Shown here piece after piece: positions 29,429 through 39,441 of a stretch of 64,000 nt of DNA. The translations under genes and the position numbers were made by a program. The notes beneath the pieces were generated by a model. It was not told the DNA's origin. It was given only the letters and a program-made list of their open reading frames with translations, and did no database searches. Numbering within the stretch: position 1 is the first letter of the stretch; the number at the start of each line of letters is the position of its first letter. Source of the DNA: an uncultured virus (IMG/VR IMGVR_UViG_3300027714_000006) (taxonomy: Duplodnaviria; Heunggongvirae; Uroviricota; Caudoviricetes); the IMG/VR virus record IMGVR_UViG_3300027714_000006. The stretch is one strand, 5' to 3'.

Positions 29429-30278
29429 TATGAAAACAATAATACCATACGTTACTAGCGGTTTAGGGAACAGATTAAGATGTGTAGCATCTTGTTATGT
29501 TATTTCACAAGAAACTGATAGGGAATTAAAAATATACTGGGACAATCTAATCCCTAATGGTTGTCTAGCTAAACTAGATGAACTTTTTGAGAATGAATTA
29601 CAAACAATAAGTTTAGAAGAGTTAAAAGAATTAAAAAATTATAAAATGTGCATCAACAAATATGATGCTGATAGGGAAGATTGGGAGTTTAAAAACGATA
29701 CATTACGTAATCTTACTGATTTGTATGGTGCTGATGGAAAACATTCATACACTCACGATGACCAACAAGAAAATATTCTAGTCTTTAATATAAGTTTTTT
29801 AGAAGGTGTAAATTTAGAAAAGAGTCATGATTTTATTAGGTCACTAAAACCCATAAAATCGATACAAGATAATATAGATAAGATTAAAAATGATTTAGGA
29901 CTATCTAAAGATGTTATTGGTATACACGCAAGAGGTACTGATTTTCTAGACTCAAGTGTTGATGCTTATATGAAAAATATGTTACCGTATTTAGAAAAAA
30001 ACCCTAACCAGAAGTTTTTCATATCCACTGAAGACCCAGAAATGGAAAAAACAATTGTTAATTCTTACCCTAACAACGTTTTATTTAGGAAAAAAGAAAA
30101 TTATATAATTAAAGAAGATGAAACTGTTTCATGGTTAAACCATAACAATTTCTACATAACTAAAGACCACGCACAAGAAGCTGTGGAAGACATGTTCTTA
30201 TTAGCGGAAACAACAATAGGGATATACGATAACAGAAGTACATTCGCTGAATTAGCTATTATACTATCACAAAGATAA
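29415..30278 (+). CDS. GT23/NodZ/O-fucosyltransferase-like protein
   Basis: SGLGNRL, IGIHARGTD, FFISTED, AVEDMFLL and STF. Confidence 0.75.
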   Translation: MTQDNMKTIIPYVTSGLGNRLRCVASCYVISQETDRELKIYWDNLIPNGCLAKLDELFENELQTISLEELKELKNYKMCINKYDADREDWEFKNDTLRNLTDLYGADGKHSYTHDDQQENILVFNISFLEGVNLEKSHDFIRSLKPIKSIQDNIDKIKNDLGLSKDVIGIHARGTDFLDSSVDAYMKNMLPYLEKNPNQKFFISTEDPEMEKTIVNSYPNNVLFRKKENYIIKEDETVSWLNHNNFYITKDHAQEAVEDMFLLAETTIGIYDNRSTFAELAIILSQR

Positions 30279-30294
30279 AATTGAAAATATAAAA

Positions 30295-30711
30295 ATGGAA
30301 ACATACTACTCTAAACAAGAACCAACAAAATTATTACATATAATAAATAGGCTAAGTGATATTACCACACCTAGAAATAATGTGATACCAGAAAATCACT
30401 TTCTTCAGTTAGCAACTATGAAGTTACAAGGTGGACAAACTTTTAAAGCACACTACCACTTCTTTAAAGATACACCAACAGACAAAGTTATCGCTCAAGA
30501 ATCTTGGGTGGTAATTAAAGGTAAAGTAAAATGTATATTTTACGATATAGACCATGAAATATTATGTACACCCATCTTAGAAGCTGGTGATTGTTCCATT
30601 ACATTAGAAGGGGGACACACCTATGAAATTCTAGAGGATGATACGGTAGTTTATGAGTATAAAACAGGCCCATATGAAGGGCAAGAATTAGATAAAACAT
30701 TTATAAAATAA
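30295..30711 (+). CDS. Cupin-fold protein (WbuC/sugar isomerase-like)
   Basis: AHYH...QE...GGHTY...EYKTGPY. Confidence 0.7.
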   Translation: METYYSKQEPTKLLHIINRLSDITTPRNNVIPENHFLQLATMKLQGGQTFKAHYHFFKDTPTDKVIAQESWVVIKGKVKCIFYDIDHEILCTPILEAGDCSITLEGGHTYEILEDDTVVYEYKTGPYEGQELDKTFIK

Positions 30712-30717
30712 TAAAAT

Positions 30718-31287
30718 ATGAAATCAGATATAAAATTAAATTTAGGTTGTGGTTGGAGAAATTTTGGCCCAAGTTGGGACCACATAGATGGTGGTGATTA
30801 CCCACATTTAAAATCAAGAGATATTTTCAGTTTACCTTATGAGGATGAAAGTGTTTCCTTAATATATTCTTCTCACGTTATAGAGTATTTTGACAGGGAT
30901 GAAATAAATGCACTATTAACTGAATGGAAAAGAGTTTTAATACAAGGAGGTCACTTACGTTTGGCTGTACCAGACTTTACTAACATGTCAGCACTATATT
31001 CTAATGGTAATTTAGAATTAAAAGACATACTAGGTCCTTTATACGGTAAGATGACAATGGACGAAGAAACAATATACCATAAAACGGTGTACGATTTTAA
31101 AAGTCTTAAAGGGGTGTTAGATAAACTGGATTTTGATGGGATAGCTAGATATGATTGGAGAAAAACCGAACATTCTGACTTTGATGACCACTCCCAAGCT
31201 TACCTACCACATATGGATAAAGAACACGGAACATCAATAAGTTTAAATGTTCAGTGTCAAAAGAGGCACATAATGAAAAAAAGATAG
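30718..31287 (+). CDS. SAM-dependent methyltransferase (type 11-like)
   Basis: LNLGCG, SSHVIEY and EWKRVLIQGGHLRLAVPD. Confidence 0.88.
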   Translation: MKSDIKLNLGCGWRNFGPSWDHIDGGDYPHLKSRDIFSLPYEDESVSLIYSSHVIEYFDRDEINALLTEWKRVLIQGGHLRLAVPDFTNMSALYSNGNLELKDILGPLYGKMTMDEETIYHKTVYDFKSLKGVLDKLDFDGIARYDWRKTEHSDFDDHSQAYLPHMDKEHGTSISLNVQCQKRHIMKKR

Positions 31288-31289
31288 AT

Positions 31290-31877
31290 ATGAGTTTTGA
31301 GGTTATAAAAACATTTGAAGATAAGATTGCGGAATTTTTTGGTTCACCGTATGCGGTAGCGGTAGACTGTTGTACTCATGGGGTGGAACTTTGTCTAAGA
31401 CGTGATAAAGTAAAAACCATTAATGTACCACATAGAACGTATCTATCAATCCCATTCCTATCCAATAAATTAGGGATAAATTTAAAATGGAGAAATGACG
31501 ATTGGGTAAATTATTATTATTTAAACCATAATATAATAGACGCTGCGGTACTATGGGAAAAAGATAGTTATATTCCCGGTACGTTTATGTGTGTCAGCTT
31601 CCAATTTAAAAAACACTTAAGTTTAGGTAGGGGTGGTGTGATATTAACTGATAGTAAAGACGCGGCATTAAAACTAAAAAAAATGTCTTATGATGGTAGG
31701 GTTCCTGATGTACCATGGACGAAACAAAATATAGACACTATTGGGTACCATTACTACATGACACCAGAAACAGCAGCCTTAGGTTTGAAAAAGTTACCTG
31801 AGGCTATTAAAATTAAACCAAAACAATGGGTAGTCGAAGACTGGCCAGATTTAACAAAAATGGAGATATTCAAATGA
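31290..31877 (+). CDS. Short DegT/DnrJ/EryC1/StrS-family PLP protein
   Basis: FEDKIAEFFGSPYAVAVDCCT, IDAA and SFQFKKHLSLGRGG; only about 195 aa. Confidence 0.75.
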   Translation: MSFEVIKTFEDKIAEFFGSPYAVAVDCCTHGVELCLRRDKVKTINVPHRTYLSIPFLSNKLGINLKWRNDDWVNYYYLNHNIIDAAVLWEKDSYIPGTFMCVSFQFKKHLSLGRGGVILTDSKDAALKLKKMSYDGRVPDVPWTKQNIDTIGYHYYMTPETAALGLKKLPEAIKIKPKQWVVEDWPDLTKMEIFK

Positions 31878-32851
31878 AAAAAGCATTTATAACAGGAATA
31901 GCAGGACAGGACGGTAGTTACTTAGCGGAGTATCTACTAGAATTAGGTTACGAAGTACATGGGATAGTTAGAAGAAATTCTACAGCCGAGAACCAAGATA
32001 CAAGGATTGTACACCTAGAAGATAAAATACATACGTACTATGGGGACTTATTGGACCAAGGTGGTATAGAAAGATTACTGGATGAAATACAACCAGATGA
32101 GATATATAATTTAGCTGCTCAAAGTCATGTAAGAATTAGCTTTGACATACCACAATTTACAGTACAAACAAATGCAATGGGTGTACTTAATATGTTGGAG
32201 GCATATAGAAGAAGTTGTCCAGATTCAAAATTCTACCAAGCAAGTAGTTCAGAAATGTTTGGACTAACTGTGGATGAAGACAAATCCCAAAGAGAGACAA
32301 CGGTCATGAACCCAGTTTCCCCATATGGGTGCTCAAAAGTTTTTGGGTATAATATGATTAGGAATTATAGGAGAGCTTATAAATTACACGCAACTAACGG
32401 TATTCTATTTAATCATGAATCACCTAGGAGGGGTAGTAATTTTGTAACTAATAAAGTCGTAAAAGCGGCCGCAAGAATAAAATTAGGTTTACAAGATAAT
32501 TTAGAATTGGGTAATATGGACTCTTTTAGAGACTGGGGACATTCTTGGGATTATGTAAGAGCGATGCATTTAATGATGCAACACGATGAACCAGGAGACT
32601 GGGTAGTATCAACTATGGAGACACACTCTGTTAGAGAAATGTGTGAACTAGTGTTTAAATATTTAGATTTAGATTATGAAGACTACATCGAACAGAATCC
32701 TAAATTTATGAGACCAGAGGAACTACCGTACTTAAAGGGTGACTCAACTAAAATTAGAACTGAGTTGGGTTGGGAACCTAAATACACATTTAAAATGTTA
32801 ATGGAAGAGATGGTTGATTATTGGTTGGTGTATTATTCTAAAAACAATTAA
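31874..32851 (+). CDS. gmd: GDP-mannose 4,6-dehydratase (copy 1)
   Basis: ITGIAGQDGSYL, NLAAQSHV, YQASSSE, SPYGCSK, LFNHESPRRG and RDWGH. Confidence 0.96.
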   Translation: MKKAFITGIAGQDGSYLAEYLLELGYEVHGIVRRNSTAENQDTRIVHLEDKIHTYYGDLLDQGGIERLLDEIQPDEIYNLAAQSHVRISFDIPQFTVQTNAMGVLNMLEAYRRSCPDSKFYQASSSEMFGLTVDEDKSQRETTVMNPVSPYGCSKVFGYNMIRNYRRAYKLHATNGILFNHESPRRGSNFVTNKVVKAAARIKLGLQDNLELGNMDSFRDWGHSWDYVRAMHLMMQHDEPGDWVVSTMETHSVREMCELVFKYLDLDYEDYIEQNPKFMRPEELPYLKGDSTKIRTELGWEPKYTFKMLMEEMVDYWLVYYSKNN

Positions 32852-32853
32852 TT

Positions 32854-33756
32854 ATGAAACTATTAGTAACTGGTGGTAATGGTATGGTTGGTTCTACTAT
32901 AGATGCGGATGTCACATTTGCTTCTAAAGAGTGCGATTTAACTAATTTTGATGAAACTTTAGCGTTTTTTAAGAAACACTCACCGGAGGCTGTGATTCAT
33001 TGTGCTGGAAAAATAGGTGGTGTCGGAATCAACTCTAAATTAAAAGGTGAATTCCTTTATAAGAATACTATGATTAATACTAATGTACTAGAGGTTTCTA
33101 GGTTAGTTGGGGTTAAAAAATTAGTATGTTTATTATCTACATGTATTTTCCCAGTGAACGCAAACTATCCATTAACTTCCGACCAGATACATTCAGGAGA
33201 ACCACACCCAACAAGTTTAGGGTATTCATATTCTAAAAGATTAGCTGAAGTACAGATTAGAACATATAGAGAACAGTATGGTGTGAATTATGTTTCTATA
33301 GTACCGTGTAACATATATGGGCCTAGGGATAATTTTAAGATTGATGAGGGTCACGTAGTCCCATCTTTAGTACACAAATGTTACCTAGCGAAAAAAAATA
33401 ACACACCATTGAAAGTTTGGGGGACAGGAAAACCCCAAAGAGAGTTACTATACTCACAAGATGCTGGTGACATATCTATGTGGGCTTTAAATAACTACGA
33501 TTCCCCAGAACCACTAATAACCTCAACATCTACCGAATACTCAATAAAAGAACTTGTTGAGACAATAGTTGACGTTATGGATTTTAAAGGTGATATTTTA
33601 TGGGAAACAGATAAGACAGATGGACAATTCAGAAAACCTAGTGATAATACCAAGTTTACCGAGTTGAATCCAGATTTTAAATACACACCATTAAGAGAAG
33701 GTGTAGAAAAAACCGTAGAATGGTTTATAAAAAATTATAATTATGCAAGAAAATAA
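32854..33756 (+). CDS. fcl: GDP-L-fucose synthase / GDP-colitose synthase (Fcl/ColC family)
   Basis: TGGNGMVG, GKIGG, LSTCIFP, YSYSK, PCNIYGPRDNF, HVVPSL and WGTGKPQRE. Confidence 0.88.
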   Translation: MKLLVTGGNGMVGSTIDADVTFASKECDLTNFDETLAFFKKHSPEAVIHCAGKIGGVGINSKLKGEFLYKNTMINTNVLEVSRLVGVKKLVCLLSTCIFPVNANYPLTSDQIHSGEPHPTSLGYSYSKRLAEVQIRTYREQYGVNYVSIVPCNIYGPRDNFKIDEGHVVPSLVHKCYLAKKNNTPLKVWGTGKPQRELLYSQDAGDISMWALNNYDSPEPLITSTSTEYSIKELVETIVDVMDFKGDILWETDKTDGQFRKPSDNTKFTELNPDFKYTPLREGVEKTVEWFIKNYNYARK

Positions 33757-34867
33757 AATTAAAAAAGCAGTAGTTACCGGAGGAGCTGGATTTATCGGTT
33801 CAAATATGGTAGATAGGTTAGTGGATATGGGGGTACAAGTTACCGTAATAGATAATCTATCCACAGGTAAAAGAGAAAATATTAATTCAGCTGCGTATTT
33901 TTGGGAACAAGATTTAGTTACAGCCGAAGTAGAAACTATAAGTGAATATCTAGAAGATGTTGACGCGGTATTCCATTTTGCCGCCATGGCAAGAGTACAA
34001 CCCTCGATTGAAGACCCAGTAATGTTTAACGAAAACAATGTTACTGCTACTCTAAAGTTATTGAAAGCTTGTGCAGACTCAAAAGTAAAAAGATTTGTAC
34101 TATCGTCTTCGTCATCAATATACGGAGACGCGGAAGTAATGCCAACATCAGAAGAATTACCTAGAAACCCAATGTCACCATATGCAGCACAAAAGATGAT
34201 TTGTGAAGACTATTGTAAATTGTTTAGTGATGTGTACGGGTTAGATACGGTATGTTTAAGGTACTTTAATGTGTATGGTGATAGAATGACAAGAGAAGGG
34301 GCATACTGTACAGTTTTGGGTATATGGGCAGGTCAAGTAGAAGAAGGTAAAAATATTACAATAACAAATGATGGGGAACAGAGAAGGGATTTTACATATG
34401 TAGGTGATGTTGTAAACGCTAACCTATTATCGGCAACACATACAGACAAACTTAATGGTGGGGTTTATAATGTTGGGAACTCTGATAACGTCACCATAAA
34501 TGAGTTAGCAGTTTTATTTGAACATCACACTAATAGTCATGTAGAATATATAGGTGATAGGTTAGAACCAAAAGCAACTTTAGCGGACATAAGTAAAATT
34601 AAAAATAAGTTGGGTTGGAAACCAAACGGAGATGTGAAAAAATGGGTTAAAAACTTCGTAAAAGAATTAAAAAATGGTAGTGAAAAAACCACAACCAAAA
34701 CTGTAGAATTAGAATATGAATTATGGGATATGGTAAGTTATGGTCACGGAGAACCATTAGTTCCTTTTAGTTTAATTTGTAGAGATGAAAGATTTGAAAT
34801 AATATACATGAAGTTTTTAGATAAGATAAAAACCTCACCTTGTATTATAACCACAAAAAACAATTAA
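33743..34867 (+). CDS. NAD-dependent nucleotide-sugar epimerase/dehydratase
   Basis: TGGAGFIGS, SSSSIYG, SPYAAQK, LRYFNVYG and RDFTYVGD. Confidence 0.9.
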   Translation: MQENKIKKAVVTGGAGFIGSNMVDRLVDMGVQVTVIDNLSTGKRENINSAAYFWEQDLVTAEVETISEYLEDVDAVFHFAAMARVQPSIEDPVMFNENNVTATLKLLKACADSKVKRFVLSSSSSIYGDAEVMPTSEELPRNPMSPYAAQKMICEDYCKLFSDVYGLDTVCLRYFNVYGDRMTREGAYCTVLGIWAGQVEEGKNITITNDGEQRRDFTYVGDVVNANLLSATHTDKLNGGVYNVGNSDNVTINELAVLFEHHTNSHVEYIGDRLEPKATLADISKIKNKLGWKPNGDVKKWVKNFVKELKNGSEKTTTKTVELEYELWDMVSYGHGEPLVPFSLICRDERFEIIYMKFLDKIKTSPCIITTKNN

Positions 34868-34869
34868 AG

Positions 34870-36036
34870 ATGACTAAATTAGTTGGTGATACTATAAGTA
34901 AAAAAGACATGGCTGTTTTAGCTGAGTGGTTAACAGGTGGTGATGAGGTACCTAGGTTAACTAAAGGGCCTTTAACTGTAAAGTTTGAAAAAAAATGGGC
35001 AAAAAAGTTAGGAACCAAATACAGTGTATTTGTTAATTCTGGTTCCTCAGCTATATTATTAATGTTGTACGCTTTAAAAACTAGTGGTAGGTTAAAAAAC
35101 GATAAAATCATAGTACCTTCACTATCTTGGGTAACAGACGTTTCTTCTGTCATGCAGTTAGGTTTACAACCAATACTATGTGATTCTAATATGGAAGACC
35201 TATCTGTGGATTTAGGGCATTTAGAGGAGTTATTCATAAAAGAAACCCCGACATGTTTATTATTAGTTACAGTGTTAGGTCTAGTACCTGATATGACTAA
35301 AATAGTAGAACTGTGTGATAAGTATGATGTAACACTTTTGGAGGACACATGTGAAAGTATGGGGTCTAAATTTAAAGGTGATTATTTAGGTACCGCAGGA
35401 CTTATGTCTTGTTTTTCTTTATATTACGGACACCATTTATCTACCATTGAGGGTGGATTAATAAACACAGATGACAAAGAGATATATAACATTCTTTTAG
35501 CTTTAAGAAGTCATGGGTGGGATAGAGATTTATCCACAGAAGACGCTAAAGAATTAAGTGATGAATGGGACGTATCACCTGAAAATAAAGCTTATACTTT
35601 TTATTACCCTGGGTTTAACCTTAGAGCTACAGACTTACAGGCTTTTTTAGGGTTAAGACAATTAGATAAATTAGATAACTTTAGTGTGGTTAGAAAAAGT
35701 AACTTTGATTTGTATAAGAAAAAAATTAATAATAATATGCTTAACTTAAGGGTTGATAAATCTGATTTTATATCCAGCTTTGCATATCCTATAGTTAATA
35801 GGAATAGGTCTAAGATTATGGAAGTAATGACCAAAGAAGGGATAGAAGTTAGACCACTTATAGCTGGTTCTATGGGTAGGCAACCTTTTTGGTTAAAACA
35901 TTATGAGATGCCAAAACTACCAAACTGTGACTTATTACACGAATTTGGGTTCTATATACCAAATCACCAAGATTTAAAAACGGAGGAAATAAATAAAATA
36001 TGTAAAATAATAAACGACTATGGGGACATTTTATGA
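34870..36036 (+). CDS. colD: ColD-like PLP-dependent GDP-4-keto-6-deoxymannose 3-dehydratase (DegT family)
   Basis: VNSGSSA, EDTCES, SLYYGHHLSTIEGG (His in place of the PLP Lys) and RSHGWDR. Confidence 0.72.
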   Translation: MTKLVGDTISKKDMAVLAEWLTGGDEVPRLTKGPLTVKFEKKWAKKLGTKYSVFVNSGSSAILLMLYALKTSGRLKNDKIIVPSLSWVTDVSSVMQLGLQPILCDSNMEDLSVDLGHLEELFIKETPTCLLLVTVLGLVPDMTKIVELCDKYDVTLLEDTCESMGSKFKGDYLGTAGLMSCFSLYYGHHLSTIEGGLINTDDKEIYNILLALRSHGWDRDLSTEDAKELSDEWDVSPENKAYTFYYPGFNLRATDLQAFLGLRQLDKLDNFSVVRKSNFDLYKKKINNNMLNLRVDKSDFISSFAYPIVNRNRSKIMEVMTKEGIEVRPLIAGSMGRQPFWLKHYEMPKLPNCDLLHEFGFYIPNHQDLKTEEINKICKIINDYGDIL

Positions 36037-36805
36037 GGATTCAGTAAATAATAGAAAAGTTACGATAGCATCGTATCCACGTTCTGGGAGTAACTGGTTA
36101 TGTTATTGTATAGAAAGATTAACAGATTTAGTGATTATAGGGTCAGACGACTCTGAAGAAAGAGGAGCGAACATAACCCAATCCAACCCAAAGGCTGTTA
36201 TACATAAAACACATGGTAACGGTACTGATTTTTGGGGTACATTCCCTGGTGAAAATGAAGGGTATTTCTTAATTGTTAGGAACCATAAAGAATGTATTGT
36301 AAGACATCGTAGAATTGATGACCAACCAATACCGATTAATTTGGTATTAAACGATTTACAAGGACTACCTTTATCTGACCAAGAAAATACGGATTACTTA
36401 GCAATGTTAGAGTTATATGATTTATACCTTGGACCAAAAATATTAGTTTATTATGAAGATTTTATAATGAACCCAAAAGAAGAATTATTGAAAATAGTAG
36501 AATGGTATAAACAATTTGGTGGTAAGTTTAATAAAGAAGATATAGATAATTTCGTAGAGGATATTAAAGACCACAAAAAGAAATCGTTAGATAGGTACGT
36601 AGGTATCCATCTAGGTGTAGCAACAGGGGGTGACCCTGATAAACTTAGGTACCAATCCGGGCCAGGGCATAGAAAAGAACACCAAGGAAAAGACGGGAAT
36701 GTTTTACCCGATACATGTCAACAGATTGACGATTATATAATAAATAAAAGACCGGATATATATGATAAATATTTAAAAAGATTTGAGTATGATGGATACA
36801 AATAA
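36020..36805 (+). CDS. Sulfotransferase (Sulfotransfer_1-like)
   Basis: IASYPRSGSNWL, IHKTH, IVRN and YYEDF. Confidence 0.82.
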   Translation: MGTFYEDSVNNRKVTIASYPRSGSNWLCYCIERLTDLVIIGSDDSEERGANITQSNPKAVIHKTHGNGTDFWGTFPGENEGYFLIVRNHKECIVRHRRIDDQPIPINLVLNDLQGLPLSDQENTDYLAMLELYDLYLGPKILVYYEDFIMNPKEELLKIVEWYKQFGGKFNKEDIDNFVEDIKDHKKKSLDRYVGIHLGVATGGDPDKLRYQSGPGHRKEHQGKDGNVLPDTCQQIDDYIINKRPDIYDKYLKRFEYDGYK

Positions 36806-37778
36806 GAAAAAAGCTTTAATAACAGGGATTAACGGACAAGATGGTTCATATCTAGCAGAGTTGTTATTAGAAAAAGGGTACGAAGTTTGGGGTATGTTAA
36901 AAAGAAATTCTGTAGCTGAGAATCAGACTGCAAGGATACCAGATAGTATATATAAAAAATTAAATTTAGAATATGCTGACATGACTGACATGGCTTCAAT
37001 ATGTAAAGTATTGGGTAAATCAAAACCAGATGAGGTGTATAATCTAGCAGCTCAATCACATGTGAGGATAAGTTTTGACCAACCAAAATACACTTTAGAA
37101 AGTATAGGTGCTGGTACATTAAATTTACTAGAATCCATTAAATTAGTTTGTCCTAAGGCTAGGGTATATCAAGCATCATCATCAGAAATGTTTGGTAACA
37201 GTATTGATAGTGATGGGTACCAAAGAGAAACAACACCGTTAAACCCAGTTTCACCATATGGTTGTGCTAAAGTATACGCACATAACATATGTAAAAATTA
37301 TAGAAACTCTTACGGTATGTTTGTGTCTAATGGTATTCTGTTCAATCACGAATCACCAAGAAGAGGAACTAATTTTGTAACAAATAAAGTGGTTAAAATA
37401 GCTGTAGAGATTAAATTAGGTTTGACCAATGAGTTAAAATTGGGTAATATGAAAGCTAGTAGAGATTGGGGACACGCGAAAGACTATGTTGAAGCGATGT
37501 GGTTGATGTTACAACAAGATACACCAGATGACTTTGTATGTTCCACAGGGGTATCTCACACAGTCCAAGACTTGGTTGAGTATGTTTTTAACTCACTAGA
37601 ACTAGATTGGGAAAAATATATTAAAACAGATAAAAGGTTTTTAAGACCAGAAGAACTAGAACACTTAAAAGGTGATTGTTCTAGAGCGAAAGAAATGTTA
37701 GGTTGGGAACACAAATACACATTTGAAACAATGTTAGATGAAATGATTGAATATTGGTTAGAGTATTACGAAAAATAA
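36783..37778 (+). CDS. gmd: GDP-mannose 4,6-dehydratase (copy 2)
   Basis: ITGINGQDGSYL, NLAAQSHV, YQASSSE, LFNHESPRRG and RDWGHAKDYV. Confidence 0.96.
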   Translation: MSMMDTNKKKALITGINGQDGSYLAELLLEKGYEVWGMLKRNSVAENQTARIPDSIYKKLNLEYADMTDMASICKVLGKSKPDEVYNLAAQSHVRISFDQPKYTLESIGAGTLNLLESIKLVCPKARVYQASSSEMFGNSIDSDGYQRETTPLNPVSPYGCAKVYAHNICKNYRNSYGMFVSNGILFNHESPRRGTNFVTNKVVKIAVEIKLGLTNELKLGNMKASRDWGHAKDYVEAMWLMLQQDTPDDFVCSTGVSHTVQDLVEYVFNSLELDWEKYIKTDKRFLRPEELEHLKGDCSRAKEMLGWEHKYTFETMLDEMIEYWLEYYEK

Positions 37779-37802
37779 TAATTAAATTATAAATAAATTT
37801 TA

Positions 37803-38552
37803 ATGGGAAAAAGGAGTAAAAAATTAAGTAGTGAAGAACAACAAGAAGTAGAAGCTTGGATTTATCAAAACAACACTCAGGAGACTAGAATGACAGACAC
37901 TATGACAGTAAATGTTAAGTGTAAAACTGAAAACCAAAAAGCTTTAGTTAACTCTATAAAGGTGAATGAAGTAACCATATGTTCTGGTCCAGCGGGAAGT
38001 GGTAAGACATTTTTAGCGTGTGCTGAAGCATTGAAATTAATAAAAAGATACGCTAAATACAAAAAGATTGTAATTGTAAAATCAGTAACTACTTTAAAAA
38101 ATGAAGAGATTGGGTTTTTAAAAGGTGGTTTAAGGGAGAAGATGGAACCATTTATGTTCTCTTTTGTGCATAACTTTGAAAAGATAGTTGGACAGGCGAT
38201 AACCTCTAGATTAAGAGAATTAAAGACTATTGAGGAGATGCCTATAGCTTACATGAGGGGTATCAACCTAGACAGGTCAATAATAATTGTAGATGAAGCA
38301 CAGAATATATCACAAGAAAATATGAGAACTATAATGACTAGGTTAGGTAAGGACTCTAAAATGATATTTTTAGGTGATGAAAGACAACAAGACTCTAAAG
38401 GTGGTAACGGGTTAACCTTCTTAATGGAACACTTTGCTGAATTAGAGGAAATAGGGTGTATCCAATTCGACAAGTCAGACGTTGTTAGGAATCCACTAAT
38501 AGCTAAAATAGAAAGAGTTTTTGATTCTTTACAAAATAATAAAAAATCTTAA
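37803..38552 (+). CDS. phoH: PhoH-family ATPase
   Basis: GPAGSGKT, IGFLKG, AYMRG, IVDEAQN, TRLG, GD..Q.D and DVVRNPL. Confidence 0.94.
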   Translation: MGKRSKKLSSEEQQEVEAWIYQNNTQETRMTDTMTVNVKCKTENQKALVNSIKVNEVTICSGPAGSGKTFLACAEALKLIKRYAKYKKIVIVKSVTTLKNEEIGFLKGGLREKMEPFMFSFVHNFEKIVGQAITSRLRELKTIEEMPIAYMRGINLDRSIIIVDEAQNISQENMRTIMTRLGKDSKMIFLGDERQQDSKGGNGLTFLMEHFAELEEIGCIQFDKSDVVRNPLIAKIERVFDSLQNNKKS

Positions 38553-38561
38553 TTTAGAAGT

Positions 38562-39131
38562 ATGAGAATATCAATAAGTATAAATGGTGTATTGAGGGAC
38601 GTATTAAAAAAGATGGCCGAAACGTATGAAAAATACACACAAAAAGAATGTAAAAAAGATATAACCTCAACGGATAACCTATTAGACGTGTTTGACTTTG
38701 CTACTGAGGAAGAATTATTTGAATTTATATATGTTGAATGCCCAATGGAAATATTTGGTGCAGGTACAGAAGCAGAAAAACATGTATTTAATAGTTTAAA
38801 TGAGTTCTATAAGGAAAAAAGAGAAGATTATGACATTTATCTAGTTTCAGATGAAATTGAAAAATCTAAACCAGCTACATTATTTTTCCTAGCTAAATAC
38901 GGTGCTTTGGTAGAAAGAATTGAGTTTTATACGATACAAACAATAGACGATTTGTGGGATAGAACAGATATATTTATTACAGATAATAAATTAATCTTGA
39001 ATAAAAAACCTGAGGGTAAGTTATCTATAAAAATAGATAAACCTTACAATAAAGATAGTGAATCCGATATTACTTTGGATTACTTTAAAGATATATTAAA
39101 GTTAGAAGATGACAGATTTAAACAAGTATAA
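38562..39131 (+). CDS. HAD 5'(3')-deoxyribonucleotidase-like protein, catalytically degenerate
   Basis: MRISISINGVLRD (DxD replaced by SxN), IFITDN and KPYN. Confidence 0.65.
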   Translation: MRISISINGVLRDVLKKMAETYEKYTQKECKKDITSTDNLLDVFDFATEEELFEFIYVECPMEIFGAGTEAEKHVFNSLNEFYKEKREDYDIYLVSDEIEKSKPATLFFLAKYGALVERIEFYTIQTIDDLWDRTDIFITDNKLILNKKPEGKLSIKIDKPYNKDSESDITLDYFKDILKLEDDRFKQV

Positions 39132-39438
39132 TTTAGAAGATACATTTAGTTTAGGTATTGCTGGGGCACATTTTTATATAGATTTTGAGGAACTTGAAAA
39201 TCTAATAAGGATAGTAGAACAGAACAAGACTAAAGACGAAGATGGTGTCCCTATAAGTGGTTACGAGATTAATGCCCCTCGTTATGAGATACTAAGGATG
39301 ATGATTGATACTCTTTTAACGTCTATTGAAGAATTAGATGAAGATATGGGGTCTTATAGCTTGAAAAATCTAACAATTCCCTTTAAACTTGCATTCAACA
39401 CATTATCACATTATAAAATAATAAAAGAAAAAAATTAA
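39109..39438 (+). CDS. Hypothetical protein
   Basis: 109-aa ORF in the operon. Confidence 0.7.
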   Translation: MTDLNKYNLEDTFSLGIAGAHFYIDFEELENLIRIVEQNKTKDEDGVPISGYEINAPRYEILRMMIDTLLTSIEELDEDMGSYSLKNLTIPFKLAFNTLSHYKIIKEKN

Positions 39439-39441
39439 AAA

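Noticed and set aside
34670..34867. Extra ~60-aa C-terminal tail on the epimerase
   Set aside because: No recognisable motif; cannot distinguish a real extension from a lost stop codon or a fused gene remnant
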